Below are positions 8,278 to 17,300 of a stretch of DNA of 64,000 nucleotides, one piece after another. The DNA is taken from NCBI GenBank assembly GCA_027371545.1, contig DAHXMW010000024.1:3139-67138 (forward strand), given 5' to 3'. A program made the translations under genes and the position numbers. Every line of letters starts with the position of its first letter. The stretch's first letter is position 1. The DNA is from Candidatus Micrarchaeota archaeon (GTDB lineage: Archaea > Micrarchaeota > Micrarchaeia > Micrarchaeales > CABMGC01). The notes under the pieces are model-generated. The model was given only the letters and a program-made list of their open reading frames with translations, was not told the DNA's origin and ran no database searches.

Positions 8278-9978
8278 ATGTCTAAAACAAACATCAGAGT
8301 AGAAGAGCTGATAGGTAAAGTAGGTAGACGTGAGCTTATTTTGCCAGAGATGCAGAGGAAATATGTTTGGCCTGCTACTCGTGTTCGTGATCTTCTTGAC
8401 TCGTTATATAGGGAATATCCCTCAGGAACTATACTAGTATGGGAAACTGACGAGGACATAAAAGAAAGAGAATTGGCTGTTAAGTCGAAGGAAACACCTA
8501 CAACTTCCCAGAAGTTGCTTCTTCTTGATGGTCAACAAAGAATAACATCATTATATGCTGTTTTAAACGGCGAACCTGTTCACGTAAGAAAACGTAAAAG
8601 ACCGATCGAGATTCTATTTAATTTAGAGCACCCGGAAGGTCCTCCTGTTGAGATTACTGAAGTGGATGAAGCAGATGTGCAAGGTGATTTAGACGAGCTT
8701 GAAGACAGTGAAGATGCAGAAATTGATATCCAAGAGGAGATGAAAAAGCGAACCTTTGTAGTCTCAAGTCGAGCTCTTAAAAACAATAGTATCTGGGTCT
8801 CTGTATCTGATGTATTTAAAAAAACAGATAGCCAGATCCTTAAACCGATAGGTATCAATTCAGACGATCCTAAATGGGACAAGTATTCAAATAGATTACA
8901 AAAAATACGTAAAATAGCTCAGTACACATATGTAATGGAAACTTTAGATAAAAATATGTCTTACGAAGAGGTTACTGAAATATTTGTTAGAGTAAACTCT
9001 CTAGGTATAAAATTACGTGGTTCTGATTTAGCTCTCGCACAAATTACATCAAGATGGAAAGGCTTTATGGAACAGATTGAAGATTTTGCAGCCGAATTTG
9101 AGCACGATGAAGATTATATTTTAGAAACCGGCCTGCCTGTACGTACATTAGTAGTTTTTGCTACACACCAAAGTAGGTTTAAAGCTGTAGGTAAGATTAG
9201 TAAAAAAACTCTGGAAGAAGCATGGGTATCAGCTAAAAGGGGGCTTCAATTTGCAGTTAATTTCACTAGGAGCAATGCACATATTGACAGTCTAAGTTAT
9301 CTCTCATCTCCCTCTTTATTAATACCAATTGCAGTTTTTGCAACTAAAAATAACATGGAAATACCACCTGAAAAGGGGAAAAAGCTATTGCGTTGGCTTT
9401 ATCTTGCGCATATGCGTGGCCATTATAGTCTTGGTTCATCTGAATCTATATTAGATTTGGATCTATCGACTTTATTCAAGGGCAATAATCTTGATGACCT
9501 TATAAGCCAATTACTCCAACATGTCAAAAAATTTGATATTGATTCTGAAGATATAAGTGGAAGGGGCACAAGGAGTCCATTTTTCTCAATGTTATATTTC
9601 GTGCTAAAAAAGAATGGTGCGAAGGACTGGTTCTCTGGTTTATCCCTTTCAAATAAACATTTGGGTAGAGCACACAGTTTGCAGTACCACCATATATTTC
9701 CAAAGGCTTTGATAAAAGAAAATTACGATAAAAAAGAAATTAATGAGATAGCCAATCTCGCCTTCATAGATGGAAAAACCAATAGGAGTATCGGATATAA
9801 AGAACCCAAAATATATTTTGAACATATAATTAAGACATATGGGGAAGATACGCTAAAATCGCAGCTAATACCCATGGATAAAGATTTATGGGAATTAACA
9901 AATTATAAAAAATTTCTAGAAGCTAGAAGACAGCTAATCGCAGAAGAGATAACCAACTTTATGAAAAAAATAGGATAG
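8278..9978 (+). CDS. GmrSD-like protein: N-terminal DUF262 (ParB-like NTPase) plus C-terminal His-Me/HNH-like (DUF1524-like) domain; putative type IV restriction enzyme
   Basis: LPEMQRKYVW and LLLLDGQQRITSLY (the DGQQR motif of DUF262). The C-terminus has LQYHHIFPKA...NLAFIDGKTNRSIG. There is an acidic insert, EVDEADVQGDLDELEDSEDAEIDIQEE. Confidence 0.8.
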   Translation: MSKTNIRVEELIGKVGRRELILPEMQRKYVWPATRVRDLLDSLYREYPSGTILVWETDEDIKERELAVKSKETPTTSQKLLLLDGQQRITSLYAVLNGEPVHVRKRKRPIEILFNLEHPEGPPVEITEVDEADVQGDLDELEDSEDAEIDIQEEMKKRTFVVSSRALKNNSIWVSVSDVFKKTDSQILKPIGINSDDPKWDKYSNRLQKIRKIAQYTYVMETLDKNMSYEEVTEIFVRVNSLGIKLRGSDLALAQITSRWKGFMEQIEDFAAEFEHDEDYILETGLPVRTLVVFATHQSRFKAVGKISKKTLEEAWVSAKRGLQFAVNFTRSNAHIDSLSYLSSPSLLIPIAVFATKNNMEIPPEKGKKLLRWLYLAHMRGHYSLGSSESILDLDLSTLFKGNNLDDLISQLLQHVKKFDIDSEDISGRGTRSPFFSMLYFVLKKNGAKDWFSGLSLSNKHLGRAHSLQYHHIFPKALIKENYDKKEINEIANLAFIDGKTNRSIGYKEPKIYFEHIIKTYGEDTLKSQLIPMDKDLWELTNYKKFLEARRQLIAEEITNFMKKIG

Positions 9979-10031
9979 ATCATTCAAATTTGTTTACAGA
10001 GGAAACCGCTTAAGTCTAAAAACAGATGTTT

Positions 10032-10775
10032 TTAGGCAAATTTTACCTTTATTATCTTAGTCTCTATGCCTTCCTTTTTAAACATGGCTTCAAATGTTTT
10101 GCCTTTTAGCAACCAAGAAGTTAAAATCAACAATTTATTACTATTATTCTTTTCACTTATGTGCGCTTCGCCGTATATAACCATAACCTTTTGGTTTCCT
10201 TCTTTGAATAAAGAGAGTACTTTATCAACAACTAATCTATTCCTATACTCATAAGTTTCTACTAATGCAAAATATGCTAATCTTAGTAACCCAACAAAGC
10301 ATATGCTCAATAATAGGGCTAACATTGCACTAAATTCAATATTCGTTGTTAATAGAGATAATATCTTGTAAAAACTACCAAGCAGATATATGTATAAGAA
10401 AATAAAAATGATTCCTTGCAGAGGTAAACTATACCATTTGTAATATTTTTTAAGCATCTCTTCAAGAGACGCATCGCATTGATCTATCGGTTTCGTTTCT
10501 TTACTGGCTACCTTATTTCTTATGGCAATTACAGAATCCTGATCTCTTCTGCTTTGTTTTGAAGAAGATAGGTGTTTTTCAATTGTAAAAAGGATCCATA
10601 TCGCAAGAATTAGAAGCGGCTCCCTGAGCGCAGTAAAAAGATCTGTGTTTTCGCTTGAAACTCCTTCGATCTCTATTTTGCTTACCTGTTTTATTGCCTC
10701 TTCAAGTTCGGGAGTAGATTCTATAGCCTTATCGTGGCGTGTTCCTACCAAATAAACCAGTTCTGTCATGTTCAA
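10032..10775 (-). CDS. Membrane protein with TraB/PrgY/Tiki-like paired GxxH motifs (tentative), last gene of the hsdMS operon
   Basis: N-terminal VYLVGTRHDKAIES and C-terminal VMVIYGEAHISE resemble the two GxxH motifs of the TraB/Tiki superfamily. About 3 hydrophobic helices lie between them. The gap to the upstream gene is 9 nt. Confidence 0.5.
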   Translation of the reverse strand: MNMTELVYLVGTRHDKAIESTPELEEAIKQVSKIEIEGVSSENTDLFTALREPLLILAIWILFTIEKHLSSSKQSRRDQDSVIAIRNKVASKETKPIDQCDASLEEMLKKYYKWYSLPLQGIIFIFLYIYLLGSFYKILSLLTTNIEFSAMLALLLSICFVGLLRLAYFALVETYEYRNRLVVDKVLSLFKEGNQKVMVIYGEAHISEKNNSNKLLILTSWLLKGKTFEAMFKKEGIETKIIKVKFA

Positions 10776-10784
10776 GAACCTCTA

Positions 10785-11909
10785 TTAAGCTGTGCTTATG
10801 CCCATCTCCTTTAACGCATCCACATAGTCCTTTGCTCTAGATTTCAACATATTAGCATATTCTGATGCTTTTGCTGCATTAAACGAACTTTTGAGTATGT
10901 TTGTCATGTCTTGCTCTGCTTGCTGCGTATAGTCTATGAAACTATTTATGTTTAGCTGCTGTTTTAGCCTAGATTCCAATCTTAATAGCTTATTTAAATC
11001 GTTCTTTGGTACCTCACTGAAGAACAATTCAAAAGATGAATCTAGTACGAATTTCCTTACCTGTACCTTTTGTTCTTCGTTTATTTCTATCTTACCAAGC
11101 TTTAGATCCTCATTAATTAGTTTTACGAAGTCCTTCGGAAATATGTTCTTGTTTATTATACCAATGTTATCGCTCCTCAACTTGATTTTGGTTAGTAGTA
11201 TGTTCATATTTAGGTGATCAGTATACTTGTCATTCCTGTACTTTTGATAATATGCCATGTATCTTCTAGTATTGAGTTTGGTCAATTGTGCTGTCCATTC
11301 TCTAGCTAGCTGATTTTTGAGTTCCTTCATTAACCAGGCATAAAGCACAGGCGTATCCTGTAATCTTTTAGTCAGCTTCTTTGCTGTTATAACGAAGAAA
11401 CCACTCCTATTCCCAACTCTTACAAAGCCCTCATTCTTTAAAAAGGTTGGATATAATCGAGCGATTCTCGCCTTGTCACTAGGAGCTGGTAACCGATTCG
11501 CATAGCAGTACAAGAAGAACGTGTCTATGCCTTCCAGGTGTTTTATAACATCTGCTTGACTAATGAGTCCACGATCTATAAGTTTACCGACCAGAACAAT
11601 CCCTGCCTTCTGCTTTTGATTAAGTGCGGTTGAAAGTTGTTTGATGTGCTCATCTTGTTCCTTGCTTATCTCTTGTAACTTTTCAACCTGTTTCTCTAAT
11701 CTAGCAGCTGTTTGTGCGCCTCCTCTATCTGTCATTATTTGACTATAAAGTTGGAGCATACCAACGATTATAACGATTATGCCAATTAGCCAAAGTGGCA
11801 CTGCCGTTGTGCTAAAAGTAAGATACTCGAGTACACCACCAAGAATAACAAGGAGAATGGGTACCCAGTAACTTTTCAATATATTTTTGAGGCTCATTGG
11901 GTCTACCAC
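10785..11909 (-). CDS. Membrane-anchored coiled-coil protein, unknown function, directly downstream of hsdS
   Basis: 374-aa ORF with two N-terminal hydrophobic helices, a heptad-like segment (AARLEKQVEKLQEISKEQDEHIKQLSTALNQ) and a ~270-aa C-terminal region with no motif I recognise. The gap after the hsdS stop is 7 nt. Confidence 0.55.
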   Translation of the reverse strand: MVDPMSLKNILKSYWVPILLVILGGVLEYLTFSTTAVPLWLIGIIVIIVGMLQLYSQIMTDRGGAQTAARLEKQVEKLQEISKEQDEHIKQLSTALNQKQKAGIVLVGKLIDRGLISQADVIKHLEGIDTFFLYCYANRLPAPSDKARIARLYPTFLKNEGFVRVGNRSGFFVITAKKLTKRLQDTPVLYAWLMKELKNQLAREWTAQLTKLNTRRYMAYYQKYRNDKYTDHLNMNILLTKIKLRSDNIGIINKNIFPKDFVKLINEDLKLGKIEINEEQKVQVRKFVLDSSFELFFSEVPKNDLNKLLRLESRLKQQLNINSFIDYTQQAEQDMTNILKSSFNAAKASEYANMLKSRAKDYVDALKEMGISTA

Positions 11910-11916
11910 ATAGTGA

Positions 11917-12993
11917 TTATTTTACGGAATTGAAGTACTTGTTAGATAAAGAAGCAAACAACGAGTCGAGCCTTTCGGTTGATTTAGCTTGATTTTCCCG
12001 CACTTTTTTGAATGCAGTGATCCTTTTACCAAATTCTTTTTGCAGTTCTACTGGCGCACAAGTTATTGGTATGCTTTCCGCTGCTTTTTTAGTAAGTTTG
12101 CCTCTAGTAGTACCTGAAATAAGGTGTTGTATGTCTATGTACGCTATCGAATATAGAATAAATGAGATATCAAAACCCTTCTCTGGCCTTAGTACATGCG
12201 CATGATTATTTACCCAGCTCTTTCCAGATATCTCATAAGCTATATGGCGTGATGGATCTCCCCAATTCCCTCCGTCCTCTGCTAGAAGTACCAGTGGCTC
12301 ATCAAATAAGTAATCGTCTATTGTTCCAACTTGACCATTCGCACCATAATAAGGATACGGCCCTGGTTTCCTTTCTGATTCCTTTACTGGTTTACGTAGA
12401 TTATCAAGAAACTCACACGCATCAGCAAGGCTTTTGACCTGCCATTTTCTTTCGGGGTTGTTGAACATCTTGTTGAATAAAGCTAACGGGTAAGCACTGC
12501 TCAATTCCTGCGCTGTGCCGTTTTTGGCACGAATCTCATCAATTTTATTTAAGTTCAGTCCAATTTTTTTCTGCAGATCAATGGATGGAAAATAGATCTG
12601 AACATTTTCAAACGGTTTTTTGGTTATATGCTTCATTGTAGAGCCGTGAGTCTGCGTTCTCATGTATTCAAGCTCATTTTTTACCGCATAATAAAAGTAA
12701 TCTTGATCTACTTCACACTTATCGAAGACAACTTTGAATATATGCTGATTCAGCAGTGCTGGGTTGCCCTTCCACCTAAATATATCCAATGTTGCAGACC
12801 AGGAAATGAGTAGATCATTGGCCTTGACTAAGTATTTATTATCATAATCCCCTTTAAAATAGTTGAAATTACTTTCGGAGTTAGTTAGATTTTGTATCCT
12901 AATTATCTGCATTCCAGAGTCTGACCATTCCGAAGGTTTAAATGCACGTCCATTGATAAACGTGGCGATCTCTCCTAATCTTCTAGTAGTCAT
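11917..12993 (-). CDS. hsdS: Type I restriction-modification specificity subunit
   Basis: LGEIATFINGRAFKPSEW opens target-recognition domain 1 and KSLADACEFLDNLRKPV...YPYYGANG opens domain 2. Central and C-terminal conserved helices are present. There is a 4-bp ATGA overlap with the upstream methylase ORF. Confidence 0.9.
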   Translation of the reverse strand: MTTRRLGEIATFINGRAFKPSEWSDSGMQIIRIQNLTNSESNFNYFKGDYDNKYLVKANDLLISWSATLDIFRWKGNPALLNQHIFKVVFDKCEVDQDYFYYAVKNELEYMRTQTHGSTMKHITKKPFENVQIYFPSIDLQKKIGLNLNKIDEIRAKNGTAQELSSAYPLALFNKMFNNPERKWQVKSLADACEFLDNLRKPVKESERKPGPYPYYGANGQVGTIDDYLFDEPLVLLAEDGGNWGDPSRHIAYEISGKSWVNNHAHVLRPEKGFDISFILYSIAYIDIQHLISGTTRGKLTKKAAESIPITCAPVELQKEFGKRITAFKKVRENQAKSTERLDSLFASLSNKYFNSVK

Positions 12994-13805
12994 TTTATCA
13001 CCTTTTGTAACTCTTTCAGTCCTTTAAGTGACTCTTCCTGTAATGTTAACGCCTCTTCCAGAAGCTTGTTAGGATCCTTATGTATAGAGTTATTGATCTT
13101 TCTGGGTTTATACAAAGTGGCAGATAGATTGAAGTCATGTTTTTTTATGTCCTCAAATGTTGCAAACCAAGATTGTTCTGATACTATTTTAGTTTTCCAC
13201 TTTTCAAGCATATCTGGGATGTCATTCTCTTTTACTGGTATAGGTTTAGAGCCTAAACCATATCCAATATTATGAAGTTCGTAGAACCAAACCTTATTTG
13301 TTGGCTCACCTTTTTGGAATATTAGAACAGATGTTTTTACTCCAGAATACGGCATAAATGCTCCGTTTGGCATCGATATGACTGCTTGCAGATTACATTT
13401 TTCTAGTAAATAACGTCTAATGTCCTTATGTGCTGATGTATTGCCAAACAGCAGACCTTCTGGTACTATAATACCGCACCTCCCATTATCTTTGAGTAGC
13501 TGTATCGCATGTCCTAGAAATAGTATCTCGGTCTTTGTTGCTATGATAGGCAAATCTTTCTTTATTCTAGTTTTATCTATTCTGCCTGCAAATGGTGGAT
13601 TTGTAAGGACTACATCGTATTGCCTATCCTCTTCTTGGCCGTACTCAATTGCAATAGCATCCTTCCTTTTAACATTTTCAGCCTCAAGTCCATGCAGGAG
13701 AAGGTTCATTCTTGCAAACCTTATCATTCCTTGGTCAACATCGAAGCCGTATAAAGAACTGTGTTCAAGTTTCTTCCTTTTCTCATCATTTAGGAGGTCT
13801 CCCCA
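12990..13805 (-). pseudogene. hsdM: Type I N6-adenine DNA methyltransferase, 5'-truncated (motif IV NPPF present, SAM-binding motif I absent)
   Basis: LYGFDVDxxMIRFARMNLLLHG and VVLTNPPFAG are present. No DPxCGxGGF-type motif exists anywhere in the 414-aa ORF (12990-14234). I also found no GGATC/GGGTC-type coding for it in other frames of 13741-14160. Confidence 0.6.
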
Positions 13806-14169
13806 GTAAGCTTTCCTATCCACCTGCTTTGCATCCTTATTAAGCGATTTTAGGATAAAACGCAGTTCTCCCAGCCTTCTGGCTATCGTCTTTCCTTTGC
13901 GGTTATTTAGCTCTAGGTACTCTTTGTATCCTATGGTATAGCTTCTATTGGGTTCTGGCAGTTCCCTGTCTACCATGCGCAATTCTGACGCAACCCTGTA
14001 TTCCCCATTGTTGAGGTACGTTCTGTCCATCAACCTAATATCCGTCTTGCCCGACTTATACTCGTTGTGGGTAAGTGCATCGTACCTCTGAACTTTTAGC
14101 CCCAAGAGGGGAGGAGTTACAGAGGTTGCATCCATCTTTTCGTTCGAGGGGTGTAACCTTTGATACTTA
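13806..14169 (-). other. In-frame N-terminal extension of the hsdM ORF; possible remnant of an SSV-type integrase fragment
   Basis: The ORF starts inside the tRNA (14234) and reads through the att-like 3' end. The segment IGYKEYLELNNRKGKTIARRLGELRFILKSL loosely resembles an integrase N-terminal SAM-like domain. This rests on pattern recognition only. Confidence 0.25.
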
Positions 14170-14270
14170 AGCCCCGAGAGGGAATTGAACCCCCGACTTC
14201 CTGTGATCGCGCCTGCACATATGCGTACAGGCATTACGAAACAGGCGCTCTACCACTGAGCTACCGGGGC
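14170..14270 (-). tRNA. tRNA-Thr (anticodon CGU) with ~29-nt intron in the anticodon loop
   Basis: Reverse complement: GCCCCGG-TA-GCTC-AGTGGTA-GAGC-G-CCTGT-TTCGTAA-[intron]-ACAGG-AAGTC-GGGGG-TTCAATT-CCCTC-TCGGGGC-T. The intron contains an 8-bp hairpin, GCCTGTAC/GTGCAGGC. No CCA is encoded. Confidence 0.85.
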
Positions 14271-14337
14271 AGGCTCAAAAATTATAAATATATAGCATTA
14301 TAAGCATACATTAATATAAAAATAATCAAATGGTCTG

Positions 14338-17300
14338 ATGCCTGTCAATCCTGCAGATAACCAAAATAGCTCGCCTGACGAGCCGAAGATAATAATAGAT
14401 GAGCAGTCGAGCGAAGGGGACACAACGCAGGAGCCCCCTCCTCCAATGCCTGTCTCAACTCCGGTTCCTCAGCAGTCGCCGCCTTCAAGCACCCCTGTTC
14501 AGCAGCCTGCTCAGCAACCAAACCAACAGCCAAACCAGCAACCGCAGCAGAACCCCCAGCCTCAGAAACAGCCTGCGTCCCAGCCGCAGCAAGAGCCTCC
14601 AAAGAAGCCACCTCCGGAACCGACCCAGAAGCAGCCTGTGCAGAAAGAGGAGGTTCCTGAAGAGCCCCAGCCTCCAAAGGAAGAGGGGATACGCCAATTC
14701 GAGGAACTATCGGATATGCCAACCGAGCGTGAACGCAGCGGAGGAAAGCTAAAGCTGCTGATAATACCTGTCATAATAATACTGCTTGCCGCGGGGGCAT
14801 ACTACTATATTTCAAAAAGTAACGCACATGCGCAGATAACAACCACAATTCCGGTCAGCAAATTCTCATATATATCCTCATGCGCAAACATAACTTCACC
14901 TGGCACATACATAATCACGGGCAACATAACCACGAGCAAGCAGAGCGGTGCGTGCATAGAGATACAAAGCAATAATGTAAAGCTGGAAGGCGATTCGCAT
15001 GCTTTGGTCGGGGACGGTCCGTACATAGCAAAATCCCCGTATACATACGGCATAGCAATAGTTGATTCATCAAACGTAAGCATAAGCAAGCTGAACATAT
15101 CGAAATTCTCATATGACCTATATCTCTCAGCAGTTCTCGGCTCAAGCTTCAGCAATATAACCGCAACAAATTCTACTGTATCGGGCGCATACGTCCTGAA
15201 TTCAAAGAACAACCTTCTCATTAACGATCAGGTGTACTCATCAGGCACCAGCGCAGGAGGCCTGGATCTTATAGGCGGGGGCAACAATACAGTAAAGGAG
15301 AGCAGCCTATCCCACAATGCATACTACGGGCTCAACCTCTCCTCTACAGGCAACAAATTCTTAGGCGATGTGTTCGCAAGCAATCCTGTAGATCTGTACT
15401 GCGCATCAGAACCATCCAGATTCAGGTATTCTAACAAATTTATCGGAACGCAGTGCAGCACCAACGATTTCTGCAACTCAGCCTATTGCGCAGTATCCAA
15501 CAAGCAGTTCAATGTATCCGAGAACATATCCCTAAGTTCATCAGCATCAACATGCGGGGAGATACGCGCCCCGGGCAACTATCTGGTAAGCCAGAACCTT
15601 AACCTATCCTCATACATAAATACATCCAGAGGCGCAACAGGGATAGCATGCATAACGATAGCGTCTCCAAATGTAAACCTAAACTGCGGCGGCCATACCG
15701 TATCAAATTCAGGATATGGGATATACGCAAAGAACGTATACAACTTTACAATAACAGACTGCAGGTTCAACAACGACAGCGACGGCGTGTACCTTGCAGA
15801 TTCGCTTGACTTCAACGTTACCAATTCCGCAGCGTATAACAGCACTGTCGGATTATATGCGGGCCTCTCAGATATAGGGACAATAGCAAACTCAACATTC
15901 GGAAACGATTTCTATGGGGTATACGTATCCAATTCTTCCAATCTGGTCTTCAACAGGATAAACGCGAAGGGCAATAACTACGGAATATACAACCAGAAAC
16001 TATCCAACACTGAATTCTACTATGGAAACTTTTCCCACAACACCAAATCCGATTTCTACTGCAGCGCAGTCTCATACAATTCCACCACAAACCATCTCTC
16101 CAATGCGGCATGCGGCCTTACGGACTGCAATTGGGGCAAGGCGTCATGCAAGTATTACACGCTTCCACCAGTGGCTGCGTTTCCGATAAGCGCCTGCACG
16201 AGCATCACTACTCCAGGGTCTTACGCGCTTACAAAGAACATAATAACTCCTGGCACCTGCATGTCCATAGACACCAACAACGTAACGTTCAGCTGTGCTG
16301 GCCATATACTGGACGGAACAGGACCTGGCAGCGGAATTTACATGAACCACAGGGTGGGCGTATCGATAGAAAACTGCAGCATCGAAGGATTTACTTTCGG
16401 GATAAACCTGACAAATTCGGCTGCGATTACCCTTCAGGATGTAACCTCAAACGGAACAGGCGTGGGCATATACGCTAGCAACGTATCATCTTCTCTCATA
16501 GAGAATACCACCGCATACGCGTCAAAAATAAATGGTGAAGTCTACAACCGCTTAAACTCAAGCATAATAACCGGCAACGGCGCATCTTTCGGCGCCGGGA
16601 ACTCTACCGGAATAGTATTCAGGAACTCATCGAACAACGAGATCTCGCTTAACAACGCTTCATCAAATGCGAACAGCGGGTTCAGCTTCTACAACTCAAC
16701 AGGCAATTATGTGCTCAACAACACTGCATTCTCAAACAAGGGATACGACTACTTCTGCTCTCCAGACAATTCAGGATTGTATGCGGAGAGCGGAGGCATA
16801 AACAATGGGCTCACCAAGCACAATTGCGAATGGCTGGCTGAGGTCTCGCCAGAATCGCAGTCGCAGCTGTGTTCAGCAATAAACACTGCCACGCACGTCT
16901 CGCTGAGCTACGACATGTACTACCCTTACGGGTCGAAGTGCTACTCAATAACGAACATAAACGGATCGGTAGCTAACTACTCATCAATAAACTGCAACGG
17001 GCATACTGTAATAGCTACAAATGGCGGCGTATTCGCATACTCAACCGTAAGCAACGTAAAGGTGGAGAACTGCTATCTCAAAGGCTTCACTTCAGGGATA
17101 GTGCTAAAGGGCAACAACGACCAGGTTCTTAACAACGTGCTTGGAACTTCAAATTATTCCATATCTGTCTCAGGAAAGGGAACAAGCGTACTTAACAATA
17201 CCATAAAGCATTCGATATACGGCATATACCTGTCCAACGCGAGCCTGAGCACGGTCAAGGATAACCTGGTAGGCAACACCTCCTATTCGATATCCGTATC

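Larger units (their letters stand above)
8114..14182. mobile_element. Putative decayed tRNA-Thr-targeted integrated element / defence island
   Basis: The segment is bounded by the 14-bp direct repeat that overlaps the tRNA 3' end. It is AT-rich relative to its flanks: my hand count is 21/60 G+C at 9001-9060 against 30/60 at 15001-15060. It carries restriction-type genes. No intact integrase is present. Confidence 0.4.

Noticed and set aside
14345-14774. Several 70-125-aa ORFs in alternative frames on both strands
   Set aside because: All lie within the P/Q-rich codon-repeat tract of the 1099-aa surface protein. Repeat-driven absence of stop codons explains them.
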